A stretch of 64,000 bases of DNA from an uncultured Candidatus Saccharibacteria bacterium. Lineage in GTDB: Bacteria; Patescibacteriota; Minisyncoccia; Phycocordibacterales; SBAW01. The stretch spans positions 79,235 to 143,234 of the forward strand of contig CAZTNI010000003.1 of assembly GCA_964615415.1 (NCBI GenBank). Reading direction: 5' to 3'. The position numbers and the translations under genes are program-made. How positions within the stretch are numbered: position 1 is the first letter of the stretch; every line of letters begins with the position of its first letter. A model generated the notes under the pieces. That model was not told the DNA's origin. It saw only the letters and a list, made by a program, of their open reading frames with translations, and ran no database searches. This document shows, one piece after another, positions 10,479 to 20,682 of this stretch.

Positions 10479-11336
10479 ATGACTCTACGAGAAACGATTG
10501 AAAAATTCAGCAAGGAAGGGAAGTGCATCGGTCATTTTAATTTTTCAGATTCTAATCAGCTAAAAGCAATTGCAGAAGCTGCAAAAGAAACCGGGCTTCC
10601 GGTTATTGCAGGACTTTCCGAAGGCGAGCGAGACTATTTTCCGCTCTCACACGCACGAGCAATTATCGACATCTATCGTGCGCAAGGAGTAGAAATATTT
10701 TTAAACGCTGACCACACCTATACGATAGAAAAAGTTGAGCGGGCCATTACTGCCGGAGTAGACGCAGTTGTGGTAGACGGCGCAAAACTTCCCTTTGCAG
10801 AAAACTCACAACTCCTTAAAGCGTCCGTTGCTCGGGCACGTGCGAGCGGGCGCGATGTGCTGGTTGAAGGCGAGCTTGGCTACATCGGCACTTCGTCGCA
10901 AGTGATGGACGCACTTCCAGAAGGAGCTGCAGCTACCGAAGAGATGATGACTAAACCAGAGGAACTCAAGCAGTTGGTGGAGGAATCAGGCATTGACCTT
11001 GCCGCTCCTGCGGTCGGCAATATTCACGGCATGATTAAAGGCGGCCAACCGAAATTATCTATTGAGCGGATTCGTACGCTTGCGCAAACTGCTGGTGTGC
11101 CGCTCGTCTTGCACGGCGGTTCGGGCTCGAGCGACGAGGAATTTGCTGCTTCGGTTGGAGCAGGCATGGTGATCATTCATATAAATACAGAATTGCGCGT
11201 CTTATATAGAGACGAACTCGCCAAGTCCCTTGCTGCGCATCCAAACGAGGCCGCGCCGTATAAAATCCTTGCGCCAGTCGTAGAAGTAATGAAAACGTAC
11301 GTGGCTTCTCGCATGCGCCTCTTTGCGGGGGCCTAG
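10479..11336 (+). CDS. fba: Class II fructose-bisphosphate aldolase
   Basis: NADH, VEGELG, VGNIHG, LVLHGGSG, INTELR. Confidence 0.92.
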   Translation: MTLRETIEKFSKEGKCIGHFNFSDSNQLKAIAEAAKETGLPVIAGLSEGERDYFPLSHARAIIDIYRAQGVEIFLNADHTYTIEKVERAITAGVDAVVVDGAKLPFAENSQLLKASVARARASGRDVLVEGELGYIGTSSQVMDALPEGAAATEEMMTKPEELKQLVEESGIDLAAPAVGNIHGMIKGGQPKLSIERIRTLAQTAGVPLVLHGGSGSSDEEFAASVGAGMVIIHINTELRVLYRDELAKSLAAHPNEAAPYKILAPVVEVMKTYVASRMRLFAGA

Positions 11337-11385
11337 ATATTGCCTTTTTTAGGGTTTTCCGGTACAGTATTGCGACAAACAATAT

Positions 11386-12039
11386 ATGGAATTAACGGTA
11401 GAAAAGCGCGATTCTAAGAAGTCGTCAGCAACCTTGCGTAATAAGGGTGTTTTGCCTGCAGTTATTTATGGTCGCGAAGAGGAATCAACTCCTATAGCTA
11501 TAGACCGCAAGACCTTTGAAAAGGTCTACAAACAGGCCGGTGAAAACACCGTAGTAACTATTAAGGGTCTTGGTGAAGACAAGGACGCTCTTATTCATGA
11601 GGTTACCGTTGATGCCGTTACAGGTACCGCACTCCATGCTGATTTTTACGCAATTGCGAAGGGTCAGACTGTTACCGTTGCTATTCCGATCGAGTTCGAT
11701 GGCGAGTCGGCTGCTGTAAAAGAGCTTGGTGGCATTCTCGTTAAGGTTATGCACGAGCTTGAGATTGAGGTTCCACCGAAAGACCTTCCACATGCGCTCC
11801 ATGCAGATTTGAGCCTGCTCAAGACTCTTGAAGACAAGATTACTGTTGCTAACTTGAAGCTCCCTGCAAGTGCAAAAATCACTGCTGACCTTGAAGAGGT
11901 TGTTGCCATGATCGACGTTGCTAAGGACGAACCAGTCGAGGAAACTCCAATGGATATCTCACAAATTGAGATGAGTGTTGAGAAGGGTAAGAAGGAGGAA
12001 GAGGGCGCTGAGGCTGCTGCTTCAGAATCTAAAGAGTAA
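11386..12039 (+). CDS. rplY: 50S ribosomal protein bL25/CTC
   Basis: LPAVIYG, HADFY, acidic tail. Confidence 0.95.
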   Translation: MELTVEKRDSKKSSATLRNKGVLPAVIYGREEESTPIAIDRKTFEKVYKQAGENTVVTIKGLGEDKDALIHEVTVDAVTGTALHADFYAIAKGQTVTVAIPIEFDGESAAVKELGGILVKVMHELEIEVPPKDLPHALHADLSLLKTLEDKITVANLKLPASAKITADLEEVVAMIDVAKDEPVEETPMDISQIEMSVEKGKKEEEGAEAAASESKE

Positions 12040-12080
12040 GAAAGCACCCCGCTCGGGCGTCTGCTATACTAATGAAGTAT

Positions 12081-13457
12081 ATGAGGCGGAACGTTTTACA
12101 CGTTCAGTTTGGCTTTTTTCTTGCCGCACTGCTGCTGGGCTTTGGTGCCTTTACGCATGTTTTTGCTCCAGCCTTTACCGCCGAGGCGCAAACCTTGTCG
12201 CCTGAGGAAAAAGCTCGTCTCCAGGCTGAATACGATCAACTCCAGGCCGAAATTGCAGAATGGCAAAAGGTCCTCGATGAAACCCGAGCAAAGAAAAATA
12301 CTATTCAGGGCGACGTGAGTGCCTTAAATGCGCAAATAAAGAAAGCCGAAACAGAAATTAAGCAACGCGGCGTCACTATTAACCGCCTTGCGAGCGAAAT
12401 AAACGAAAAAACGAATCGCATTCACCAGCTCGAAGACCGTCTCAGTCAGGGGAAAGAGTCTTTAGCAAAACTGATGCGTGAGAAAAACGAGGTAGAAACC
12501 CAGTCACTCATGCTGCTCGCGCTTTCCTCTGCAGACCTTTCCGATTTTTTTAGTGATGTACAGGAGATCGACGTTATAAATCGCGGCTTACAAGATTTGT
12601 TTGTGGAGTTGCGCGATGTGCGTGCACAAACCGAAGAGGAGAAAGCTGCTCTCGACCAGCGTAAAAATCAAGAGTTAGATGCTAGGTACGAGGTGCAGGT
12701 AAAACAAAAACAAATTAAAGAGAACGAGGCCGAGAAAAAGCAGCTTCTTTCGCTTACGCAGCAGCAGGAAAAGTCGTACCAAGGTGTGCTTGCAGAGCGT
12801 CAAGCAAAAGCAGCAGAGATTTACGCCCGCCTGTTTCCATTGCGCGACACCGATTCGATCCAGTTCGGAGATGCAGTGGAATATGCACGGGTTGCAGCAA
12901 CAAAAACCGGCGTACGACCTGCCCTTATCCTCGCTATTCTTTCTCAGGAGTCATCTCTTGGTGCAAACGTCGGTAACTGTCTCGTGACGGACCTTTCAAC
13001 TGGTAACGGAAAGGGAAAGAATACCGGTACTCCTATAGCCGGTGTGATGAAGGCACCACGTGACACTGTGCCATTTGAACGCATTACTAAGGCGCTTGGA
13101 AAAGACTGGAGCACCACCCCTGTGTCGTGTCCTCAGTCAGCAGGCTATGGCGGCGCTATGGGTCCTACTCAGTTTATTCCCTCGACATGGGAGTTGTTTG
13201 AGGCACGTATTAAGACAGCACTTGGGGTAAGTGCTACCAACCCGTGGAATGCAGGGCACGCTATTATGGCAACCGGCTTATACCTCCAAGACAGTGGCGC
13301 TGCTCTTCAGACGTATACCGCAGAACGTAACGCTGCTTGTAAGTATTTCTCTGGTAAGTCATGTCCAGCAAGCGGGTGGATTACTACCTACGCTAATTCC
13401 GTCATCTCTAAAGCCGAGCAGTACCAGAAAGACATAGAGGATTTGGCCGACTTGTAA
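12081..13457 (+). CDS. Coiled-coil plus lytic murein transglycosylase
   Basis: Signal/TM, long coiled coil, AILSQES and [13 protein letters not shown]. Confidence 0.85.
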   Translation: MRRNVLHVQFGFFLAALLLGFGAFTHVFAPAFTAEAQTLSPEEKARLQAEYDQLQAEIAEWQKVLDETRAKKNTIQGDVSALNAQIKKAETEIKQRGVTINRLASEINEKTNRIHQLEDRLSQGKESLAKLMREKNEVETQSLMLLALSSADLSDFFSDVQEIDVINRGLQDLFVELRDVRAQTEEEKAALDQRKNQELDARYEVQVKQKQIKENEAEKKQLLSLTQQQEKSYQGVLAERQAKAAEIYARLFPLRDTDSIQFGDAVEYARVAATKTGVRPALILAILSQESSLGANVGNCLVTDLSTGNGKGKNTGTPIAGVMKAPRDTVPFERITKALGKDWSTTPVSCPQSAGYGGAMGPTQFIPSTWELFEARIKTALGVSATNPWNAGHAIMATGLYLQDSGAALQTYTAERNAACKYFSGKSCPASGWITTYANSVISKAEQYQKDIEDLADL

Positions 13458-13486
13458 GAGAAGGGCGGCTGTGTTATTGTGTGGGC

Positions 13487-13705
13487 ATGAAAACGGAGAC
13501 CCATCCGACATATTTTGAAGCGGCAAAGGTGACCTGCGCATGCGGGCGCTCTTTCACCGTAGGTTCAACCAAAGAGCATTTGGAGGTTGAAATCTGTTCT
13601 AACTGCCATCCGTTCTACACCGGCAACGAGAAGATCATGGACTCTGCGGGCCGCGTAGAGAAGTTCAAGGCACGTCGCGCTGCTGCTACCAAGAAGTCGA
13701 AGTAA
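13487..13705 (+). CDS. rpmE: 50S ribosomal protein bL31
   Basis: [24 protein letters not shown]. Confidence 0.97.
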   Translation: MKTETHPTYFEAAKVTCACGRSFTVGSTKEHLEVEICSNCHPFYTGNEKIMDSAGRVEKFKARRAAATKKSK

Positions 13706-13718
13706 ATTACTTCGCTCT

Positions 13719-13781
13719 AACTCCTTTGCAAAGGTCCTCGGATCTCCTCGAGGACTCGGCCAGACCATTTGCAAAGGAGTT
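13719..13781. repeat. Nested inverted repeat between rpmE and prfA
   Basis: AACTCCTTTGCAAA / TTTGCAAAGGAGTT outer arms; inner GTCCTCG / CGAGGAC. Confidence 0.75.
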
Positions 13782-13795
13782 TACAGCTACGTTGT

Positions 13796-14761
13796 ATGGA
13801 TTTGACTAAGTATAAAGAAAACCAGAAAACCGCGTATCTTGCAGCGGAATTTGAACGTATTGAAGGGGAAGAAAAGGAAGTGAAAGAGCTTGCCTCTGGA
13901 GATTTAGGCGAACTAGCAGCAGACGACCTTGCTCGTCTTGCAGAACAAAAGAAGGCCATCCTTGCAGAAATGGATGGTATTTTGGCGCGTGAAAAATCAG
14001 AAGAGGAATTTCCAAACGAAATTGTGCTTGAAGTGCGTGCGGGTGTCGGCGGGGAGGAGGCGGCTCTTTTTGCTGAGGAGTTGAGCTATATGTATCGCGC
14101 CTATGCAGAAAAACAGGGGTGGCAGGTGCGGGTGCTTTCGGAATCAAAATCCGACCTCGGTGGCTACAAAGAAGCATCGTTTGAAATCCGCGGACAGAAC
14201 GTCTATAAACGCCTGCGCTACGAAACGGGCGTGCACCGTGTGCAGCGTGTGCCCGCTACTGAAAAATCTGGCCGCGTTCATACCTCAACTGCGTCGGTCG
14301 TCATTTTGCCGATCCGCAAAAAGACCAAAGTTGAGGTAAATCCTGCAGACATCGATATGGAGTTTTCTCGCGCTGGTGGTGCAGGTGGTCAGAACGTTAA
14401 CAAAGTGGAAACTGCGGTGCGCTTGGTACACCGTCCGACCGGTATTGATGCACGTTCGCAGTCTGAGCGCTCGCAAGCAGCTAACCGCGAAAAGGCTATG
14501 GCCGTCCTTATGGCAAAGCTGGAAGCCTTCGAGGAGGAAAAAGCCGCGGCTAAGTATTCTGCTGACCGCAAAGAGCAAATTGGTTCCGGTGACCGCTCAG
14601 AAAAGATACGCACTTACAACGTGCTCCAGGACCGCTTAACCGACCATCGTATTAAAGAAAGCTGGCACAATTTGCCCCTTATTTTTGGGGGTAATATTGG
14701 CCCTATTTTAGACGCTGTCGAGGCTGCGGGGGACAACCTTGGTCCTGTTGCAGAAGATTAA
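13796..14761 (+). CDS. prfA: Peptide chain release factor 1 (short N-terminal domain)
   Basis: [11 protein letters not shown] (PxT), [17 protein letters not shown]. Confidence 0.95.
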   Translation: MDLTKYKENQKTAYLAAEFERIEGEEKEVKELASGDLGELAADDLARLAEQKKAILAEMDGILAREKSEEEFPNEIVLEVRAGVGGEEAALFAEELSYMYRAYAEKQGWQVRVLSESKSDLGGYKEASFEIRGQNVYKRLRYETGVHRVQRVPATEKSGRVHTSTASVVILPIRKKTKVEVNPADIDMEFSRAGGAGGQNVNKVETAVRLVHRPTGIDARSQSERSQAANREKAMAVLMAKLEAFEEEKAAAKYSADRKEQIGSGDRSEKIRTYNVLQDRLTDHRIKESWHNLPLIFGGNIGPILDAVEAAGDNLGPVAED

Positions 14762-14790
14762 ATTGCATGCTACAGTAGCCCGTGCATTAT

Positions 14791-15519
14791 ATGGAGAAAA
14801 ATAACGGTATTATCGATAAATTGTTTGCTGCTGGGGCGCATTTTGGCTACTCGCCATCGCGTCGCCATCCGTCGCTCAAGTCTTTTATTTTTGGAAGCAA
14901 GGGTACAACCGAGCTTTTTGACCTTGAGAAGACATCAGTAGCACTCGAGTCTGCGGTACAGTTTGTTACCTCGCTCGCACAGGCTCGCAAGACAATTCTT
15001 TTTGTAGGAGGTAAGGCAGAGGCGAAGGGCATTGTAAAGCGCGTTGCAGAACGCCTTAACCAGCCATACGTCGCAGGTCGTTGGATCGGCGGTACCCTCA
15101 CCAACTTTTCTGAAATCCGCAAGCGCTTAAACCGTCTCTCTGACCTCTCGACTATGCGCGAAAAGGGCGAATTGCAGAAGTTTACTAAACTCGAACGCCT
15201 TCTTATTGATCGCGAGATCAATGACCTTGAGGAAACCTTTGGCGGTCTTAAGGGTGTTACCAAGCTTCCTGATGCGATGATCATTGTTGATCCTCGCCAT
15301 GAAGCTGGTGCTGTGAGCGAAGCGCTCCTCATGAAAGTTCCTACTGTTGCTATCATGAACTCAGACTGTGATCGTACGCAGATTACCTATCCGGTTCCTG
15401 CAAATGATGCGTCAGTGCATTCTATTAGCGTAATTCTCGACGAGCTCGCTACTGCATACTCGAAGAACCTTGGCCCAGAACGTGCTGAGGCTCCTGCGGC
15501 AGAAGCTGTTCGCGCATAA
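14791..15519 (+). CDS. rpsB: 30S ribosomal protein uS2
   Basis: AGAHFG, RWIGGTLTNF, PANDAS. Confidence 0.96.
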   Translation: MEKNNGIIDKLFAAGAHFGYSPSRRHPSLKSFIFGSKGTTELFDLEKTSVALESAVQFVTSLAQARKTILFVGGKAEAKGIVKRVAERLNQPYVAGRWIGGTLTNFSEIRKRLNRLSDLSTMREKGELQKFTKLERLLIDREINDLEETFGGLKGVTKLPDAMIIVDPRHEAGAVSEALLMKVPTVAIMNSDCDRTQITYPVPANDASVHSISVILDELATAYSKNLGPERAEAPAAEAVRA

Positions 15520-15528
15520 TAAAAATAT

Positions 15529-15984
15529 ATGGCAGTTAGTGCAGATGTTGTTAAGGCTCTTCGTGATAAAACAGGAGTCTCAGTCATGGAGTGCAAAAAG
15601 GCACTCGAGGAAGCTGGGGGCGACATGGACAAAGCTCTCGAAATCCTTTCGGCACGCGCTGCCGCAACGGTAGGTAAAAAAGCTGACCGCGTACTTGGGG
15701 CAGGAAGTGTTGCTTCGTATATTCACAGCACTAAGCAAATGGGCGCCATGGTCGTCCTTGCGTGCGAGACCGACTTTGTTGCAAAGGGCGAAGAGTTTAA
15801 CCAGCTTGCATACGACATTGCTATGCACGCTGCGGCTATGCGCCCCCAGACTACTGAGGAGCTTGTAGCGCAGCCATACATTAAGGATCCGAGCAAAACC
15901 ATTGCTGACCTTCTTGCGGGCGCTACACAGAAGTTCGGCGAGCGCATCGAGGTGTCCAAAATGGCATTTTTCTCGGTCGCGTAA
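15529..15984 (+). CDS. tsf: Elongation factor Ts (short form)
   Basis: LRDKTGVSVMECKKAL, CETDFVA. Confidence 0.95.
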   Translation: MAVSADVVKALRDKTGVSVMECKKALEEAGGDMDKALEILSARAAATVGKKADRVLGAGSVASYIHSTKQMGAMVVLACETDFVAKGEEFNQLAYDIAMHAAAMRPQTTEELVAQPYIKDPSKTIADLLAGATQKFGERIEVSKMAFFSVA

Positions 15985-16005
15985 GTAGGGTATACTATCC
16001 TTTGT

Positions 16006-16419
16006 ATGGTGACATTCTTCACCACGATGCTCGGCATCTCGGTTATAGGGCTTTTCGGTCTGCTTCTTCTTAAGCGCTTTGAAATAGCTACGGGTCGCGT
16101 AGTGTTCGGACGTTTGCGTCCAAAGCGGGGCGGTCTTCTGTATAAAGGAGGCGTCTTCTTTGAGCGTGTGCTTCCAACCACGATTCGCTACATTGTGGTC
16201 ATGTCTGCACGAAAGGTGAATCGGAATTTCCACCGCCTCGTGGCATGGAGCATCTTTCATTTTGAGCGGTTGCTTGAAAAAGTATTGCACACCGTGCGCG
16301 AGCGTACTGCGCCACCGCAGGGTCGTGGAGAGGCTTCGTCTTTCCTGCGTGCGGTAGCGGATCATAAGCGCAAGCTGCTTCACCAGGCTCCTTTGGAGCG
16401 TGCGATCTTCGACGAATAA
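16006..16419 (+). CDS. Membrane-anchored basic hypothetical protein
   Basis: N-terminal TM; TATACT 9 nt upstream. Confidence 0.65.
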   Translation: MVTFFTTMLGISVIGLFGLLLLKRFEIATGRVVFGRLRPKRGGLLYKGGVFFERVLPTTIRYIVVMSARKVNRNFHRLVAWSIFHFERLLEKVLHTVRERTAPPQGRGEASSFLRAVADHKRKLLHQAPLERAIFDE

Positions 16420-16431
16420 GTTTTATTTTTT

Positions 16432-16507
16432 GCCGCCTTAGCTCAGTTGGTAGAGCAACTCTTTTGTAAAGAGAAGGTCCCCAGTTCAAATCTGGGAGGC
16501 GGCTCCA
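16432..16507 (+). tRNA. tRNA-Thr(UGU)
   Basis: Cloverleaf GCCGCCT...AGGCGGC-TCCA; anticodon loop TT-TGT-AA; T-arm CCCAG-TTCAAAT-CTGGG. Confidence 0.95.
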
Positions 16508-16648
16508 AGTGTTGTGAGTTCTCCCAGATTTGAACTGGGAAGGGGTCGGGAAACGGGAGGTTTCCCGTATCGGAAGTTATTCGAAACCGAGGGTTTCGAA
16601 AGAGCCGCTAGAAGCGGCTCAGGAGTGAAATTCTGGGAGGCGGCTCCA
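16508..16648. mobile_element. Putative miniature tRNA-associated element or remnant
   Basis: 17-bp direct repeat of the tRNA 3' end (16491-16507 = 16632-16648); 19-bp inverted T-arm copy (16521-16539); three hairpins. Confidence 0.6.
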
Positions 16649-16654
16649 GTACGG

Positions 16655-17341
16655 TTACTCTTGTGCTGTGGTCGTAGCGAGTGTTTTAAGCTCGGGGATG
16701 AGGTTCTGCATCTCATCGTAGTTCTTAAATCCGTAGATAGGTGCGCGGTCGTTGATTACAAGAGCAGGAAGATTGCCCTCAATTTTGTTAAGTGTGATAA
16801 GTGTCTGAAGCGCTGAAAGGTCGAGATTGTAGTCGAACGCATAGACACGCAGGTCTGGATACGTTTGTGACATGTACGTTAAGACTTCGCCCATACGTGC
16901 GCAGTCTGAGCAGTCTCCTGCATTTGAATAGAAATAGAGAATAGAAACTGACTTAGTTTGGCACTTGTCGGCAATGCGCTGCAAAAGGAGGTAGTCTTTG
17001 ATCTCTAAAAGAGAATACTGCTTTTTAAGTCGGATCACTTCCGGGTTGTCGCTCCCCAAATTTGACTCGGTAAAGGCGACGCGTTGTGCCAAAGAATCGA
17101 GTTCGCTCGAAAGGATTGGATTGCGGTTAATGGCGCTGCAGTTGAGGCTGCCCAAGAGTTCGAACTGGGTCTCCGTTGAAAGAAGGTCGATAGAGATACT
17201 TTCTTCCATGGCACGGATGTCGGCAATACGGCCGCTGTTGAGCTTTGCGGCAGCGTAAAAGGCAGTCGCAAAGATAGCGCCGGTGATAATAAAGGCGAGG
17301 GCATACTTCTGCCAGCCTGTAGAGCTACTGTTTATCTCCAT
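16655..17341 (-). CDS. Membrane-anchored protein with thioredoxin-like CxxC domain
   Basis: N-terminal TM; YFYS..DCSDC; overlaps the GT2 stop. Confidence 0.7.
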   Translation of the reverse strand: MEINSSSTGWQKYALAFIITGAIFATAFYAAAKLNSGRIADIRAMEESISIDLLSTETQFELLGSLNCSAINRNPILSSELDSLAQRVAFTESNLGSDNPEVIRLKKQYSLLEIKDYLLLQRIADKCQTKSVSILYFYSNAGDCSDCARMGEVLTYMSQTYPDLRVYAFDYNLDLSALQTLITLNKIEGNLPALVINDRAPIYGFKNYDEMQNLIPELKTLATTTAQE

Positions 17342-18570
17342 GTTGTTTCTCTTGCCCGGAGGGCACCCCAGGTCGCCTGAGCGAGCCAGATAGGAGCAAT
17401 AAAACCAAAGAGTGCGAAATATGCAAGTACCGACTTTACAGTGATGTCCGACTTGCCGATAGAGCGGCCAAGCAAGATTGCCACGACGGTGAGGCCCAAA
17501 ACGGTAATGATAAGGAAGGTCATCATACTGGTGTTGAGGAAAAACCAGTCGAAGTGGAATGAAGGGAATTCAAATCGAGGAGGGATGCCCGTCATCCACA
17601 TGTTGTATATTCGGCCGAGCATTCCACTCGCAATTGTATAGACCACAAACGACGCGGTGTAGATGCCGGCTGCAAATGCCATAAGACCGAAGGGGAGTAC
17701 AAGGAATCCAAGGTGGCCGTAGCGTGGATTAAAGTACATATATTTATAATCCTGTGAGTTTTGCAAAAAACCTTGTGACCAGCGCTTGCGTTGTTTTAAC
17801 AGAGTGCGTACGGTGCTTGGGACAGTGGTGTATACCAGTGCGGTATGGGCATTCACAATTTTGAGTCCGTTTGCATGCATACGAAACGCGATCTCCATGT
17901 CCTCGGTATTGTGTGCGTGTTTAAAGAGGCCAATCTTGTTGAAGACCTCACGCTTATATACAGAAAACGGGCCAGGGAGTACGTTGAGTGCGGCCATATT
18001 GTCGAACATTTTTTTATAGAAAATACCGAAGGTGTACTCGACTGACTGCATCAACTCAAGCAGGTTGCGTGGGCGAAATACTTTCATCACCGGCATGGTT
18101 GCCATGATGGTTGGGTCGCTCTCGAAGCGTTTTACTACTTCAATAAGCGCTTCTTTGTCGACAAATGAGTCTGCATCGAGGCAGCCAACAAGTTCACTTG
18201 TGGTGTGTGCGATACCAAAGTTCATGGCAGTATATTTCCCGCCGTTTTCTTTGTAGTAGTACTGCACTTGGGCGTAGTCGCGCGCAAGACGTTCGCCGAT
18301 CTCTCGTGTGCGATCCTTAGAGCCGTCGTCAATAATAACGATAGAAAGTTTGTCTTGCGGATAGGAAAGGTTAAGGAGCGACATGACCGTTCCTTCGAGG
18401 GTCCGCTCTTCGTTATAAGACGGCACAAGAACGGCAACGCTCGGGTAGTAGGCAGGAGCAGCAGTAGTCTTCTTAGAAGGCTTCTTTTCAAAGAAGGTTA
18501 TGAGGAGAAACACCTGGAAGTACAGGCCGAGGAAGAGGCACATATATACGCCAATAACCCCGATTGACAT
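17332..18570 (-). CDS. Processive GT2 glycosyltransferase (cellulose/PNAG/hyaluronan-synthase-like)
   Basis: DDGSKD, DADS, TED, QRKRW; multiple TMs. Confidence 0.9.
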   Translation of the reverse strand: MSIGVIGVYMCLFLGLYFQVFLLITFFEKKPSKKTTAAPAYYPSVAVLVPSYNEERTLEGTVMSLLNLSYPQDKLSIVIIDDGSKDRTREIGERLARDYAQVQYYYKENGGKYTAMNFGIAHTTSELVGCLDADSFVDKEALIEVVKRFESDPTIMATMPVMKVFRPRNLLELMQSVEYTFGIFYKKMFDNMAALNVLPGPFSVYKREVFNKIGLFKHAHNTEDMEIAFRMHANGLKIVNAHTALVYTTVPSTVRTLLKQRKRWSQGFLQNSQDYKYMYFNPRYGHLGFLVLPFGLMAFAAGIYTASFVVYTIASGMLGRIYNMWMTGIPPRFEFPSFHFDWFFLNTSMMTFLIITVLGLTVVAILLGRSIGKSDITVKSVLAYFALFGFIAPIWLAQATWGALRARETTWR

Positions 18571-18601
18571 GAGAGCTCTAGTATAGCATTTTGAGCCTCC
18601 C

Positions 18602-19735
18602 TTAGCGAATTTTTGCGCCGTATTGGCCTACGGTTGTCTCTTCGAGCTTCTTGTGGAGCGCGTCTATTTCCTCGCTGGTCAATGTACGGTCGAGCGAGCG
18701 GTACACCAAACGGTAGGTGTAGCTAGTCATATTCTCGCCGAATTTTTTCGGGTCACTATAGTTGTCGCGCAGCTGCACTTCTTCTATGAGGTCTTCACCA
18801 ACCGTTTCGCGGATCAGGTCAAAGTAGTCGTTCGGTGTAAAATCGTTTTTTACGATAAATGAAATGTCGCGTACGGCCGCAGGGTACTTGCTGACCTCTT
18901 TAAATTTCTGTCCCAACTTCAACTGGCTCGTAACACGCGGGTCCGTAGACCACAGGAGGCGAATGTCTGGGAGTTCCATGCCGATGATGGCCAAGCGCTC
19001 AAGACCAAAGCCGAATGCCCAGCCGTTGTAGCCCTCGAGCCCCATGTTTTTAAGCACCGACTTTTTTGGCATGCCGCCGCCCAAAATTTCAATCCATCGG
19101 TCGCCGACTTTTACCTCTACTTGGAGTGATGGGTCGGTGTAGGGGAACGTGTCGTCTAAAAAGCGATACTCAGTTTCTTTGCCAAAAAGGCCTTCAACCA
19201 CTTCGGAGAGAACTTTTTTGAGTTCATCGATCGGCATAATGCCTTTGCTGTCGCTCTGGAGTAGCCATCCGCCAAACTGGTGGAAGACGTTCATGTGGCG
19301 GTTGTCGATTTCGTCTTTACGATACACTTTGCCGTAGCAGACGCAGCCAACATCTTCGCCACGAGCAATACGCTCCTTCACTTCCGGAAGATTGAGGTAG
19401 TAGTACCACATGACGGTGTCGTGTGGACGCAGAATGTGCGTGTCGTCTATGTAGTACGTGTCCGACTTGCTGCGTGCAGGATGGTCTGCAGCAAAATCAA
19501 AGAGGTCGAAGGCGATGTCGGTCGGCACGACTTCTGGAATAACAATGTTATCGAGCTTTGAAAGTGCCTGGGTGGCACGCGCACGAGCAACAAGCTCAAA
19601 GAGCGGGTGCCCTGCACTGCGCGAGAGGTCGGGCATAGAAAGAACGCGCTTCATGCGTACTGCGTCCGTGTCGGTGCGACCCTCGAGAGAGCCAATTAAT
19701 TTCTTTTCTTCGTCGCGGGAAATAGCGTATTCCAT
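18602..19735 (-). CDS. pheS: Single-chain (organelle-type) phenylalanyl-tRNA synthetase
   Basis: HPARSKSDTYY, FHQ, FPYTDPS, WAFGFGLERLA, then FDX-ACB domain (SKYPAAVRDISF...YRSLDRTLT). Confidence 0.9.
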   Translation of the reverse strand: MEYAISRDEEKKLIGSLEGRTDTDAVRMKRVLSMPDLSRSAGHPLFELVARARATQALSKLDNIVIPEVVPTDIAFDLFDFAADHPARSKSDTYYIDDTHILRPHDTVMWYYYLNLPEVKERIARGEDVGCVCYGKVYRKDEIDNRHMNVFHQFGGWLLQSDSKGIMPIDELKKVLSEVVEGLFGKETEYRFLDDTFPYTDPSLQVEVKVGDRWIEILGGGMPKKSVLKNMGLEGYNGWAFGFGLERLAIIGMELPDIRLLWSTDPRVTSQLKLGQKFKEVSKYPAAVRDISFIVKNDFTPNDYFDLIRETVGEDLIEEVQLRDNYSDPKKFGENMTSYTYRLVYRSLDRTLTSEEIDALHKKLEETTVGQYGAKIR

Positions 19736-19817
19736 ACAAATATTGTTGCGACCAGAGTACCACAGAAATTTCGATAGGTAAAAGAAAACCGCCGACATGA
19801 ATGTCGGCGGTACGTGC

Positions 19818-20570
19818 TTATGCGGCTTGAAAAATTTCTGCAACTCTTCCGTCAGGAAGCAGAATTTTTCGCAGGAGGTTGAAGTTAACTCCGCCTACTT
19901 CTAGGTCATGTTGCGTTTGGGGTGGGATAGACCGAACTGGATATATCTTGCGAGGTTTTTGTTGAGCCGGTCGGGTCTTTACGTGCGTGGTCGACTTAGA
20001 GAGAGGCACGTCTTCAAGCCATTGAGCCAAGTTCTTCTGTGGTGATGGTTCCGGGGTGTCGCTATGGAGGGTCTCTTCGTCCGCGGACACTAATTTTTTC
20101 AGTCCTTCTCGAGCTCTTGAAACTCGAGATTTAATCGTTCCAATCCGGACGCCCGTCTTCTTTACAGCATCTTCGTAGGAAAGGCCACTGTAGCCTACAA
20201 GATAGAGAGCCTCTTGCTGCTCAGGAGGGAGCCTAGATATAAACCGTTCAACGATAAGTTTATACTCCAGAACTTCTTCCTGTGAGTCTGCCGATTCTAC
20301 ATTGATCGAATGTGTCCCGTCTACATCTTCTACCTCACGTCGCCGCTTCCTTCCTTCGGAATAGAAATGGTTCCTGAGAATAGTGACCAGCCAGGCAGAC
20401 AAATTGGTTCCAGGTGTGAATTTTTCTGTGCTCTGTAGTGCGCGAGCAACAGTTTCTTGTACGAGATCGTCTGCGTAGGTTCGGTTGTCTGATAAAGAGC
20501 GTGCGAATGCTCGCAGCATGGGAAGGGCGGGCAAAATAGCTCTTCCCATTTCTTCAAGCGAGAGATGCAT
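19818..20570 (-). CDS. ECF sigma factor, EcfG/SigT-like, with C-terminal extension
   Basis: LRAFARSL, ADDLVQET, PGTNLSAWL.TILRN, GTIKSRVSRAR. Confidence 0.88.
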   Translation of the reverse strand: MHLSLEEMGRAILPALPMLRAFARSLSDNRTYADDLVQETVARALQSTEKFTPGTNLSAWLVTILRNHFYSEGRKRRREVEDVDGTHSINVESADSQEEVLEYKLIVERFISRLPPEQQEALYLVGYSGLSYEDAVKKTGVRIGTIKSRVSRAREGLKKLVSADEETLHSDTPEPSPQKNLAQWLEDVPLSKSTTHVKTRPAQQKPRKIYPVRSIPPQTQHDLEVGGVNFNLLRKILLPDGRVAEIFQAA

Positions 20571-20682
20571 GTAACCCCCTCTGTCTAGAGTGTTCGTCCG
20601 GAGCGCACTATACTACATATTGACATGCAGTTGCAACGTGGTATTTTGTGGCGCAGTTGGTCGTTACACATCGGAGGAAACA

